From contig PLKR01000289.1 in the NCBI GenBank assembly GCA_003140655.1, positions 1-38,760 of the forward strand: 38,760 nucleotides of DNA, written 5' to 3'. Origin of the DNA: Acidobacteriaceae bacterium (GTDB lineage Bacteria; Acidobacteriota; Terriglobia; Terriglobales; Acidobacteriaceae). Shown here in pieces: positions 8,011-16,925 of the stretch; within the stretch, counting starts at the first letter, position 1; each line of letters begins with the position of its first letter. Position numbers and translations under genes: made by a program. The notes beneath the pieces are model-generated. The model was not told where the DNA came from. It ran no database searches and worked only from the letters and a program-made list of their open reading frames with translations.

Positions 8011-11000
8011 CTAGAACTCCAGCTTAAGATGAAATTGAGTGATTCTCGGATCAGTTGCGCTGGTGAAACGGCCGAAGGCGCCTGTCTCGCTTACGTTAGT
8101 CTGCAAGCCAGTAAATGTATGCCGATTGAGCAGATTGCTGAAGTCGGCCGAAAATAGCACGGCGAAATGCTCCCTGACCTTAGTCAGCTTTTGGAAAGAA
8201 AGGTCTTCGTCATAATAGGGGCAATTTCTTGTATTCGGTAGCGTCGATAGGTCCCCATACGTATATGGCGCGGCTTGGACGAACGCGGCCGGATTCAGGT
8301 ATTGGCCGCCCGTGGGGCTGTTTGGGTTAACACCCCCACATCCGACTATGGTGCTGCGTTGACCCAGAACGTGCGTGGGCCAATCATATGTGCCACCTGC
8401 ACCGTCAACCAGCTCTCCGGAGAGGAGGTTGATTGGGGCGCCTGATGTGTAGGTCTGAATGCCCGCTACCCGCCAGCCGCTCGCGAATCCATTCAAGACC
8501 CGATTAGAAGGATGGAGGCGTTTCCCGGAACCGAAGGGCAGCTCGTACACATAACTGAGCGTCAGGTTCTGAGGCCGGTCAAGCGCTCCCAGCGCCTTGG
8601 ATTCATAGTCGAGAAAGCTATTCTGGGTATTTAAGACGGCCACACCCTGTCCGTTGAAAGACGAGTAATTACTCAATTGCTTCGAAATCGTGTAGCTGGC
8701 AAGAAAGCTTAATCCGTTTCCGTAACGCTTTTGAGCAGTGGTCTGAAGCGAATTGTAACTACTGTTTCCAATAGGGTTGGCTAGGTTCGTAACCGAAGCG
8801 TATTGCGGATAGGGCATTAAGCCTCTCCAAACTTGTCCTTGAATCTGCGGGAAAGGCGGCTGGATTCCCGCAGCCACAACCGCAGGGGAACCCCAGTTGT
8901 CGTCCAAGAGAGTACCGAGCGACAGATACGCCGGATTCATGTCATTTATGTCGTTCTCGACGGGAAGATGATGCGCCTCGTTTCCAACATAAGCGGCCTT
9001 CAGCAGGATGCCATGGACCTCTCTCTCTATACCGAAATTAATGTTTTCGCTATAGCCAGGCTTGAGACCCTTGGGGTTCCAATAAGGAGGCGCGGTAGTG
9101 TTAGCTTGTTCGGGATTTAAATCCGGAAGAGTCGGCTGGATACCGGGAAACCCACCGTCCCAGAGGTAGGGACATTGTACGTATGCATAGGGGGCGGGGC
9201 AGTTACCCGCAAGCTGTCCGTATTGGTCGTGATAGAAAAAGATCTCAGGATTCCACGTATAGCCGGGTTCTCCGTTTAGAGCGATACCGCTCTCAAGTAG
9301 CCCAAACATAGCGCTGGATGAAATACCAAAGCCTCCGCGGACGACCAGCTTGGGCGTAACAGCGTAGGCAAAGCCGAAGCGTGGCCCCCAGACGTTTTCC
9401 GGTGGTCCCATTGCGGTCAAGCCGTTCTCGCCGGGACCTTTGCCAAAGAAGCTGATGGCTCCTGGCCAATTTCCTGGGGCAGACCCGATGACTCCTCCAG
9501 CCATGGTATTTGTCAGGTTCGGATCCATGACGGAGAGTTTGTTATGGGCCTCAGACGGCATGTCGAAGCGATCGAAACGAAGACCGTAGCTCAGAGTCAA
9601 TTTCTTGTTCGCGCGCCAGGAATCTTGCACGTACAGTCCTAATGCTGCTGTCCGAAACTGATCATCGACGGGCGTCGCCTCTTGCAATTCGAGCGGGGCG
9701 CCCAGAAAAAAGTCAGCCAGTCCGTATCCCTGGTTGGGAAAGAACATCGAAGTAAAAAAGGGTAAATAAAGGGCGCCACCTGCGCAATTGATGCAACTCT
9801 TGAGCTTTGAATTGGCCGATGTCCACGACGCGCCAAATTTCAAGTTGTGGGCGCCTTTAGACCAGGTGAAATCGCCATTTACGGGGGTCGTATAGACCTT
9901 ATTAATAGCGAAGCCCCCGCTTGGCGGCCCAAAAGTCGAAAAGTCAGTGATTGTTATCTGGGGAAATTGGGTGGAAAAATTACCCTTATACCCGGATAAG
10001 GTACCAGCATTTTCGGCCTGCGAAGTCGGACCCGTGCCAGAACTGGAAAGGTCATTCATGTTTAGAGCCGCGCGAACGCTGACGAGCATGGTGGGACTAA
10101 GGGTCGCCAGATAAGAAAGCCGGCTCGTCCAGGTATTGTCGGCATTAAGGGACCCATTCGAAAGCGCTCCCGTATAGGTCCCGCCGTTTACAGCGGTACT
10201 GTGGATGTTATCGTAGGCAAACGTGAGCCTTTGGCGACCTCCTTGGAAGTTTTGGTCGATCTTAACCGATCCCTTTTGGCTATTGACTGGACTTGAAAGT
10301 CCTGCGCCCGCATAATTTAGCGCCAGGCCTGGTCGATTTGGCAAGGGAAACGACTGCCACAAGTAAGAGCTAATTGAGCTTTCTCTGGAAACGGGAATGA
10401 TGTTGCCTGGAAAGGGTTGGCGAGTGAAGCTTCCGGGGTTGTTCGGGTCAGGTTCGGTGGTGAGTACGCCGTCATATAGCTGAATATTGGGCAACAATTC
10501 GCTGAAATCTCCCGTGTGCATTTTGGCGGTCGGAACCGAGATAACCACTCCCTCGGGCGTGGTCCTAAAGGCGAAGCCGGAATAGACCACAAAGAAAAAT
10601 GTCTTGTCCTTGCCGTTGTAGATCTTCGGGATGAAGACCGGTCCACCCAACGTAAACCCGTATTCATTCTGCTTTGAAGGATCAGGAGTAGTGGCAAACC
10701 AGTTTGTAGCATTGAGCACTTTATTTCGGAAGTACTCGAAGATGTCGCCGTGGAGTTGATTGGTTCCCGACTTAGTAACGAGCGTTATTCCGACACCGCT
10801 ATTCCAACCGTATTCCGACGTATCGGTGGCGTTCAACCGGACCTCCGCGATCGCCTCCGGAGGCGGCGAGAAGTCGACGCGCAGTTGAGAACTCGCTTGC
10901 ACGCTCCCCATAACCCCATCGATCGTTAAGCTTGCTCCACCCTCTGGGGCACCATTGATTGTTGTCACCGCTACGCTCCCATCCACCGGTGCAACGACAC

Positions 11001-11535
11001 CAGGGAGGGTCTTGACGAATTCGATCGCATTTCTGTTGCCCCCATTCAAAAGGAGAGGCAACTCATTAATTTCCTCCGTCACCCGAGTAGTTCCTTCAGT
11101 GGATGCGGTGGTGTCGACGCTGGGGGCGGTGGCGCTCACTACGACAGACTCATTGGAGTTGCCTAACGCCAATGTCGCGGATAATGTCAAACCTACACCT
11201 GCAACGACTCGGACGCCCAACTGTTCGAACACTTTGAATCCAGTTGCGCGAACCGTGAGTGTGTATTGGCCAATCGGCAGCGAGGAAAATCTATAGGCAC
11301 CCTCTGCGCTCGTTTGCACTTCCAATTGGACCCCCGTTGCCACATTGAGGGCGGTCACGGAGGCGTTGGGCACACGGGCTCCGGATGGGTCGTTTACCAC
11401 GCCGGCGAGTTGGCCCACGTTCTCTTGGGCATGCAATCGAGAGGGGTTGCTAAATTGCACCGCTGTAACAACTAACAGAGTCGCGAACAGGAGACGCGAT
11501 AGTCGAATCGAAAGTACGTTTTTTTTCCAGGCCAT
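8011..11535 (-). CDS. TonB-dependent outer-membrane receptor, Oar-like with carboxypeptidase-regulatory-like N-domain
   Basis: 1174-aa ORF. It has a signal peptide ending ..RLHAQ, followed by GVVNDPSGARVPNASVTALNVATG...YRFSSLPIGQYTLTV (a CarboxypepD_reg-like domain). The body is long, rich in Gly/Asn/Tyr, and beta-barrel-like. The C-terminus is ..QFHLKLEF, with the terminal Phe typical of outer-membrane proteins. Confidence 0.9.
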   Translation of the reverse strand: MAWKKNVLSIRLSRLLFATLLVVTAVQFSNPSRLHAQENVGQLAGVVNDPSGARVPNASVTALNVATGVQLEVQTSAEGAYRFSSLPIGQYTLTVRATGFKVFEQLGVRVVAGVGLTLSATLALGNSNESVVVSATAPSVDTTASTEGTTRVTEEINELPLLLNGGNRNAIEFVKTLPGVVAPVDGSVAVTTINGAPEGGASLTIDGVMGSVQASSQLRVDFSPPPEAIAEVRLNATDTSEYGWNSGVGITLVTKSGTNQLHGDIFEYFRNKVLNATNWFATTPDPSKQNEYGFTLGGPVFIPKIYNGKDKTFFFVVYSGFAFRTTPEGVVISVPTAKMHTGDFSELLPNIQLYDGVLTTEPDPNNPGSFTRQPFPGNIIPVSRESSISSYLWQSFPLPNRPGLALNYAGAGLSSPVNSQKGSVKIDQNFQGGRQRLTFAYDNIHSTAVNGGTYTGALSNGSLNADNTWTSRLSYLATLSPTMLVSVRAALNMNDLSSSGTGPTSQAENAGTLSGYKGNFSTQFPQITITDFSTFGPPSGGFAINKVYTTPVNGDFTWSKGAHNLKFGASWTSANSKLKSCINCAGGALYLPFFTSMFFPNQGYGLADFFLGAPLELQEATPVDDQFRTAALGLYVQDSWRANKKLTLSYGLRFDRFDMPSEAHNKLSVMDPNLTNTMAGGVIGSAPGNWPGAISFFGKGPGENGLTAMGPPENVWGPRFGFAYAVTPKLVVRGGFGISSSAMFGLLESGIALNGEPGYTWNPEIFFYHDQYGQLAGNCPAPYAYVQCPYLWDGGFPGIQPTLPDLNPEQANTTAPPYWNPKGLKPGYSENINFGIEREVHGILLKAAYVGNEAHHLPVENDINDMNPAYLSLGTLLDDNWGSPAVVAAGIQPPFPQIQGQVWRGLMPYPQYASVTNLANPIGNSSYNSLQTTAQKRYGNGLSFLASYTISKQLSNYSSFNGQGVAVLNTQNSFLDYESKALGALDRPQNLTLSYVYELPFGSGKRLHPSNRVLNGFASGWRVAGIQTYTSGAPINLLSGELVDGAGGTYDWPTHVLGQRSTIVGCGGVNPNSPTGGQYLNPAAFVQAAPYTYGDLSTLPNTRNCPYYDEDLSFQKLTKVREHFAVLFSADFSNLLNRHTFTGLQTNVSETGAFGRFTSATDPRITQFHLKLEF

Positions 11536-11728
11536 GCTTCCCTCGGTAATCGTCTTGGATGTAAGTCGAAAAGCAACTTGCCGATGCCCATCTGAATTTC
11601 TTAGCTCGAAAGCACCTCACCTCAATAAGAATAGCCAAGAACCACTTTCTCTTGATGAAGCCACGAATCGCCATCTTGTGCTTCAGTGATCAGCCCCTGG
11701 CTGTGATGGCGCATTTCAAGACGTTGTT

Positions 11729-11758
11729 GTTATAACCACGGTGTTGCGTGGTTGTCAA
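11729..11758 (-). promoter_or_regulatory. Sigma70-like promoter for the TonB receptor gene with a palindrome in the spacer
   Basis: The minus strand reads TTGACA (11758..11753), an 18-nt spacer, then TATAAC (11734..11729). The spacer carries the perfect inverted repeat AACCACG-N6-CGTGGTT (11734..11753). A T7 run lies upstream of the -35. The promoter would give a leader of about 190 nt. Confidence 0.5.
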
Positions 11759-12138
11759 CAAAAAAATGAAAGGCGTTCTTTTGTTGCTCACTCAGAAAAA
11801 CTGGACTTGCGCTAACTCAGTCGTCTAATCCCTCACGATAACGGCAGGGGCAGCGGAAAGTCGTCCTGCCGGCTACGTTGTGCGGCCCAAACTTCCGCAT
11901 CAACAACTACTTGTTTTGCCTGCGCGTCTCACGTATCTCCGACGCGTGTTCTGCCAGGGTTTGTCGTCAACTCGGGGCGCATGTCTCGGAGAAATGAACG
12001 CCGGTCGAAATAGAAGAATTTAGGCTAACGGCCGTCATCCCGAGCACAGTCGGTTGTCGGGCTACTTTTTGATGCTGACTTGGATGTGCTTCTGCATGGC
12101 GACAAACTCCGAAGTTGGGTGCGAAACCGTTTTTGACA

Positions 12139-12167
12139 TTGACAAAAAAACAACGCGATTGTATAAG
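12139..12167 (+). promoter_or_regulatory. Sigma70-like promoter for the DUF4440 / lactonase / DUF4440 operon
   Basis: TTGACA (12139..12144, tandem with a second TTGACA at 12133) is followed by a 17-nt spacer and TATAAG (12162..12167). It lies 49 nt upstream of ATG 12216. Confidence 0.5.
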
Positions 12168-12215
12168 TGACAACGACTTTGGAGAGCAAGCCGCCCCTCG
12201 GCATGGAGTTTTCCT

Positions 12216-12680
12216 ATGATGCGCGGTCACATGTTGGTTGTGGTCGGAATCTTGGCGGTTTCGTCGATGGCCCTGCGACAGGAAATCAACAAAAAGGGCG
12301 CGGATACCGCAGAGGAGCTGAGGAGGCTCGATCACAAGGCACTTGAGGCGGAAAAGAGTCTCGATGTTGCTTCCCTTGACCGCATATTTGCCCCGAGTTA
12401 TGTGCTGGTCCTGCCAAACGGCGTGGTCTACACAAAGGAAAAGTGGTTGGGAATCCTCAAAAGTCCAGAGCATCCCGTTATCAAGGCGGTCGATCCCGAG
12501 GATATCCATGTACACCTTTTTGGAGATCTTGCCATTCTCACCGACACGACAACGCTTCGGAGTCTCGACGGCAAGGGCCAGGAATCTGTTGGAGCATATA
12601 GAGTATTTCGCGTCATGCTCAAGCAAGAAGGTGCATGGCGGGTTGCAGCGGTCGAGTTGACTCAAATTAAGTCGAACTAA
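12216..12680 (+). CDS. Secreted NTF2-like / DUF4440 (SnoaL-like) protein
   Basis: 154-aa ORF with an N-terminal hydrophobic signal-like segment (MMRGHMLVVVGILAVSSMA). It is a paralogue of 13838..14329; for example DLAILTDTTTL vs VAILGDTTTI, and YRVFRVMLKQEGAWRVAA vs YQTLRVFVKQQGRWRAAG. I prefer it over the antisense 249-aa ORF 11967..12716. Confidence 0.75.
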   Translation: MMRGHMLVVVGILAVSSMALRQEINKKGADTAEELRRLDHKALEAEKSLDVASLDRIFAPSYVLVLPNGVVYTKEKWLGILKSPEHPVIKAVDPEDIHVHLFGDLAILTDTTTLRSLDGKGQESVGAYRVFRVMLKQEGAWRVAAVELTQIKSN

Positions 12681-12746
12681 TGAAATGCACCAGGCGATTT
12701 CAGGACCGGTTCCCATCTACGTTTGAGGTTGAGAAAGTTGCCGATC

Positions 12747-13766
12747 ATGCAGAAACATCGGAGAGCTCTGTTATCAGTCCTTGTCGGGTCGCTTGTAGTC
12801 ATGGCCCAAGCGCAGGACGGTGGTGAGGTTCTACGAACGTCCGCGGCGGTTGATCAGATAATCCCACGTTCTGCCAGAATTGAAAAACTTGCCGATGGCT
12901 TCGGGTTTCTCGAAGGCCCTATCTGGGTACACAGCGGGTACCTGCTCTTCAGCGACATACCTCGCAATGTGATTCTTAAATGGAAACCGGATGGGAAAGT
13001 TTCCGTTTTCTTATCCAAGAGTGGATTTGCAGGCAAGGTCGTTCGTCCAATTCCACGTGTTATCCCCATGGACCACCTCACGGACTACTTGATCGGGTCA
13101 AACGGCCTGACGCTCGACCATGAAGGTAGACTCATCATATGTGAGCACGGAAATCGTCGCGTTGAGCGACTGGAGCGCGATGGTCGCCGGATAATCCTTG
13201 CAGATCGCTTCGAAGGTAAGAGATTAAACAGTCCGAATGACATTGTCGTTAAGAGCGATGGGTCCATCTACTTTACAGATCCCCCCTACGGTCTTCCTAA
13301 GATGGATCAGGATCCGCAGAAGGAACTTCCTTTTAACGGAGTGTATCGCATCGCTGGTGAGAAGCTAGAGCTGCTGACGCGGGACATGTCGGCTCCTAAC
13401 GGACTAGCGTTTACTCCGGATGAGAAATATCTATATATCGATGATTCCGTGAAGAAGAACATTCTGCGCTACGAAGTTCAGCCGAATGGCACGTTAGCTA
13501 ACGCCAGAGTGTTCCTCGACATGTCCAAAACCGGCATAGAAGGAGTGCCCGACGGGCTCAAGGTCGATACGAGAGGAAATGTGTATTGCGCCGGCCCAGA
13601 TGGGATCTGGGTTATATCGCCGGAGGGCACGAAATTGGGCGTCATCAAACCCCCAGAGGTGCCGGCGAATATGAATTGGGGTGACGACGACGCGAAGACT
13701 CTCTACATGACCGCTAGAACCGGTCTTTACTCCATACGCCTAAACATTCCCGGCATCCGGCCCTAG
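12747..13766 (+). CDS. SMP-30 / gluconolactonase / LRE-family lactonase, secreted
   Basis: Signal peptide MQKHRRALLSVLVGSLVVMAQAQ. Family motifs include GFLEGPIW, LLFSDI, NGL..D.EGRLI.CEHG, NSPNDIVV..DGSIYFTDP, PNGLAF.PDEK.LY and PDGLKVD..GN.Y. The ORF track begins at TTG 12723, but ATG 12747 is more plausible. Confidence 0.85.
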   Translation: MQKHRRALLSVLVGSLVVMAQAQDGGEVLRTSAAVDQIIPRSARIEKLADGFGFLEGPIWVHSGYLLFSDIPRNVILKWKPDGKVSVFLSKSGFAGKVVRPIPRVIPMDHLTDYLIGSNGLTLDHEGRLIICEHGNRRVERLERDGRRIILADRFEGKRLNSPNDIVVKSDGSIYFTDPPYGLPKMDQDPQKELPFNGVYRIAGEKLELLTRDMSAPNGLAFTPDEKYLYIDDSVKKNILRYEVQPNGTLANARVFLDMSKTGIEGVPDGLKVDTRGNVYCAGPDGIWVISPEGTKLGVIKPPEVPANMNWGDDDAKTLYMTARTGLYSIRLNIPGIRP

Positions 13767-13837
13767 AATCTCGGCCAGTTCATTTTGCGTCCGGCTCGGT
13801 CAGCGACGTTCCTGAGAGAGCTAACGCAGGAGGTGGT

Positions 13838-14329
13838 ATGGCACATTTTAGAACGCTCGCCTTGACCGGATTACTATTGATCTGGCCGCTAGCACTCGGG
13901 CAGGCGCCAGGAGGAGAGCGGACGACGACTCAACTTCGCGCCGTAGGAAAGCAGGTTTCCAAACTCGACCAACAGTGGGCGGATGCTGTGCGCCTCGGCC
14001 ATGCTGACTATCTGAATCAATTGTTTGCGGAAGATTTCGTGGAAATGCACTCTGGCGGTGAGGTTTTGAGCAAGCAGAAACAGCTGGACCAAATTAACCT
14101 TGGGCAGCAACACATCAAGGGAATCCAGCTCGATAAAATCCAGGTGCTCTACGCATCTCCAACTGTGGCTATCTTGGGTGACACGACGACAATCAATAGT
14201 TGCCCTTCGGGAAGAGACTCCGTCAGCAAGTACCAAACACTCCGAGTTTTCGTGAAACAGCAAGGGAGATGGCGCGCGGCTGGTGCGGTGTTGACCGAAC
14301 TGGCCGACCAAGAAGCCACCAAGGACTAG
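13838..14329 (+). CDS. Secreted NTF2-like / DUF4440 protein (paralogue of 12216..12680)
   Basis: 163-aa ORF. SD AGGAGG lies 4 nt upstream (AGGAGGTGGT immediately precedes the ATG). It has a signal-like N-terminus (LALTGLLLIWPLALGQA) and is similar to the first DUF4440 copy. Confidence 0.75.
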   Translation: MAHFRTLALTGLLLIWPLALGQAPGGERTTTQLRAVGKQVSKLDQQWADAVRLGHADYLNQLFAEDFVEMHSGGEVLSKQKQLDQINLGQQHIKGIQLDKIQVLYASPTVAILGDTTTINSCPSGRDSVSKYQTLRVFVKQQGRWRAAGAVLTELADQEATKD

Positions 14330-14348
14330 TCAACGTCGCTTGAATCTG

Positions 14349-14413
14349 TTGACAGGAGGAAAAGAAGCGATGTAGTATTCCTTCATGATAAATAAATAAT
14401 ATTAGATTTCAAC
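14349..14413 (+). promoter_or_regulatory. Promoter (TTGACA-N18-TAGTAT) plus downstream AT-rich box
   Basis: TTGACA is at 14349..14354 and TAGTAT at 14373..14378. The spacer shares AAGAAGCGA with the promoter at 30532. The 16-mer ATAAATAATATTAGAT (14392..14407) is identical to 29596..29611. Confidence 0.5.
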
Positions 14414-14511
14414 CGACAGGCGTCCGCGAAACCAAAACCAGCGGCGTATAAATGAGCCTTCGAGACAGAAATAAGCGTGGCAAGCCTTCGCCGCCACCCG
14501 GGAGGCCAGGG

Positions 14512-15318
14512 GTGGGCGGCGGGTGCGACTTTTCTAATAAAGTCGTCCTCATTACGGGAGGCAGTAAGGGCATCGGCGCTGGCTGCGCGAAAGTGTTCGT
14601 CGAGGCAGGGGCGTCGGTTCTGATTTGCGACGTGGATTCTGAAAATGGCGAAAAGGTGGCGTCCAGCTTGGATGCGAAAGGACCGGGCCATTGCCAATTT
14701 GAGAAATGCGATGTGGGCATACCGAGCGAGGTCAACAACGCGATTGATGCTGCTGTCGAAAGTTGCGGTCGCCTTGACTGCCTGATCAACAACGCAGCTA
14801 TTTTTCCACGCTTCCGACCGATCGACGAATGTTCCGTCGAAGAGTTTGAAGTCACGTTGCGGGTTAATCTGATTGGGTATTTTGTTGCCTGCAAATTCGC
14901 GTTGCCGTATCTTCGCCGGTTCCAAGGCAGCGTCATCAACATGGGCAGTTTGACGAGCGTGTTGGGGCATCACTTCGCAACGATTTACTGTGCGACTAAG
15001 GGTGGGATCAGCGCATTTTCCAAAGCCCTCGCGATAGAGGAGGCGAAGAACGGCGTCCGCGTGAACGCGGTTCTTCCCGGAAATATCTTGACTCAGAGCC
15101 GCGTCAATTTGGAGGCCAGCATGAAAGACGGACGGGCCTTTCACGACTACGTCGAAAAGTGGCAATGGATAGGGCGCAGCGGCACCGTTGAAGAGGTTGG
15201 GCAGGCCTGTCTTTTTCTGGCCAGCGATCAGGCACGGTTCATCACTGGGATTGAGCTGATCCTCAGTGGGGCTGCCGAGCTAGGATACGGCCCCAAGGTG
15301 CCGGTTCCCGAATTCTGA
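14512..15318 (+). CDS. SDR-family oxidoreductase
   Basis: It has TGGSKGIG, NNAA, and S...YCATKGG motifs. The longest ORF starts at ATG 14452 but adds a Pro/Gly/Arg-rich 20-aa extension. GTG 14512 lies 6 nt after GGGAGG (14500..14505), so I prefer it. Confidence 0.85.
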   Translation: MGGGCDFSNKVVLITGGSKGIGAGCAKVFVEAGASVLICDVDSENGEKVASSLDAKGPGHCQFEKCDVGIPSEVNNAIDAAVESCGRLDCLINNAAIFPRFRPIDECSVEEFEVTLRVNLIGYFVACKFALPYLRRFQGSVINMGSLTSVLGHHFATIYCATKGGISAFSKALAIEEAKNGVRVNAVLPGNILTQSRVNLEASMKDGRAFHDYVEKWQWIGRSGTVEEVGQACLFLASDQARFITGIELILSGAAELGYGPKVPVPEF

Positions 15319-15360
15319 TAGGGCCTGCAAGGGAGGTGGGCAGCGCAGCTCATCCGTCGA

Positions 15361-16713
15361 ATGTGGCCCAGCCTTGACCGTGCAAGTCTCGAGATGATGG
15401 TTGCGAGGCCGCCCCACCTTGGCATTGAAGTGCGGGAGCTGGGCAAGACAGAGGGGGGATTTTTGCCAGACGTCGCCGATTGTCAGCAACTTCTTGAACA
15501 GTATGCCCGATTTGACCCCGCAGTGTTTGCGAATCCTTATGGCCTTTTTGCGCGCCTTCGCTCAGAGGAGCCAGTTTGCTGGTGTGAGACTCTAGAGTGC
15601 TGGCTCATTACTCGCTACGACGATGTAGCGTCAGCATTGCGCGATCCGCGATTCTCTTCGAGTCGGATCAACGCTCTGGTGAACCAGCTTCCTTACGAAA
15701 CGCGGGAACAAGTCGAGCCTTTGCGGCAGTACCTCGCGAAGTTCATAGGTATCTCGGATCCCCCAGACCACACCAGGATCCGAAGCCTGGTCAACAAAGC
15801 ATTCAGCTCGCGGGTAGTGGAGACCATGGGGCCGCGAATTCAGCGGATTGTGGACGAGTTGCTAGACGCGGTCGAGCCCGCGGGTCAGATGGATATCATC
15901 CAGGACTTTGCGTATTTGTTGCCCGTGACAGTGATCGCGGAAATTCTGGGTCTCCCCGCCGAGGACCAGAAGGAATTCAAAAGGTGGTCGGATGATATTG
16001 TCGGGTTCATTTCAAGCGGCCGAGGTCTGGTTGACCTTGCGCAGCGTGCTCAAAATAGCATGATGGAGCTGACCAACTATTACCGCGACATAATTGCAGA
16101 GCGTCGTAGACAGCCTCGAGAGGACCTGATCAGCAAGCTGATTGTCGCCGAAGAACAAGAAGATAGACTAACTGAGGAAGAGCTTCTGGCGACGTGCGTC
16201 ACCTTGCTGGCCGGCGGGCATGAAACGACCACCCATCTCATCGCTGGTGGCATGCTGGCCCTACTCCGCAACCCCGAGCAGCTTCAAGTCTTAAGATGCG
16301 ATCGCTCGGCGATCGTATCCGGCGTCGAAGAACTGTTGCGTTATGAAACTCCCGTCCAGCGTGGAGAGCGCGTGGCTGCCGACCACATCGAACTCCGGGG
16401 CCGGCGAATTCGCAAAGGCCAACGCGTCTTTCTTGTGGTTGCGGCCGCAAATCGCGATGAGTCTCAATTTCCCGAAGCCGACCGGCTCGACGTCCGACGG
16501 CATCCGAACCGGCACATGGCCTTTGGATTTGGCATTCACTTCTGCGTCGGCGCCATACTCGCACGGGCGGAGGGCCAAATTGCGATCGGAACCTTGCTCC
16601 GGCGCCTGCGAGAGCCGACTCTGGCCGCTCAGACCCTCGAGTACCAGCAGACCTTGGCGATTCGTGGCTTGAAGTCGTTGACGATCAACTTTGAGCCTCG
16701 CGGTGGAAGCTGA
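15361..16713 (+). CDS. Cytochrome P450
   Basis: Haem-Cys signature FGFGIHFCVGA, I-helix motif LLAGGHETTT, and ExxR motif ELLRYETPV. The start is uncertain: ATG 15361, ATG 15394, or TTG 15463. The last lies 4 nt after GAGGGGGG and would give a typical ~416-aa P450. Confidence 0.9.
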   Translation: MWPSLDRASLEMMVARPPHLGIEVRELGKTEGGFLPDVADCQQLLEQYARFDPAVFANPYGLFARLRSEEPVCWCETLECWLITRYDDVASALRDPRFSSSRINALVNQLPYETREQVEPLRQYLAKFIGISDPPDHTRIRSLVNKAFSSRVVETMGPRIQRIVDELLDAVEPAGQMDIIQDFAYLLPVTVIAEILGLPAEDQKEFKRWSDDIVGFISSGRGLVDLAQRAQNSMMELTNYYRDIIAERRRQPREDLISKLIVAEEQEDRLTEEELLATCVTLLAGGHETTTHLIAGGMLALLRNPEQLQVLRCDRSAIVSGVEELLRYETPVQRGERVAADHIELRGRRIRKGQRVFLVVAAANRDESQFPEADRLDVRRHPNRHMAFGFGIHFCVGAILARAEGQIAIGTLLRRLREPTLAAQTLEYQQTLAIRGLKSLTINFEPRGGS

Positions 16714-16925
16714 GCTGGAACCAAAAGCGCGCGATGCGAAGAAAGCAGTAATGGTCATGGCGGGGCCAGGGGAAGTGTGACCTTGAGCCAGCTAATCCTC
16801 GGTCACGAGGACGGCCGTTCGCAAACGGTTCCAATGAGCGGTCGATGACGTTGCAAGAATTGGGATGCAGCAGCACGGTTAAGTGACATTCAAGTTTGCG
16901 CTTGACCTGAGGAGAAACATTGCGA

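Noticed and set aside
11536-11728. The long 5' leader of the TonB-dependent receptor gene, checked for a riboswitch (cobalamin B12-box, TPP CUGAGA / ACCCUGAUCUGG-type cores).
   Set aside because: I could find no recognisable riboswitch core motif by eye. A covariance-model scan (Rfam/Infernal) would be needed to exclude one formally.
11766-11828. A 20-codon ORF (MKGVLLLLTQKNWTCANSVV) in the 380-bp spacer between the divergent promoters.
   Set aside because: It has no SD, and the ATG sits in an A-run that belongs to the upstream region of the minus-strand promoter. Nothing distinguishes it from a chance ORF.
11911-12070. A possible small RNA: a weak TTGTTT-N17-TATCTC promoter, then a 5-bp hairpin (CCCGA..TCGGG, 12039..12061) followed by a T5 run.
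   Set aside because: The promoter hexamers are poor. The stem is only 5 bp and sits 4 nt from the T-run. There is no covariation or repeat evidence, so the case is too weak without expression data.
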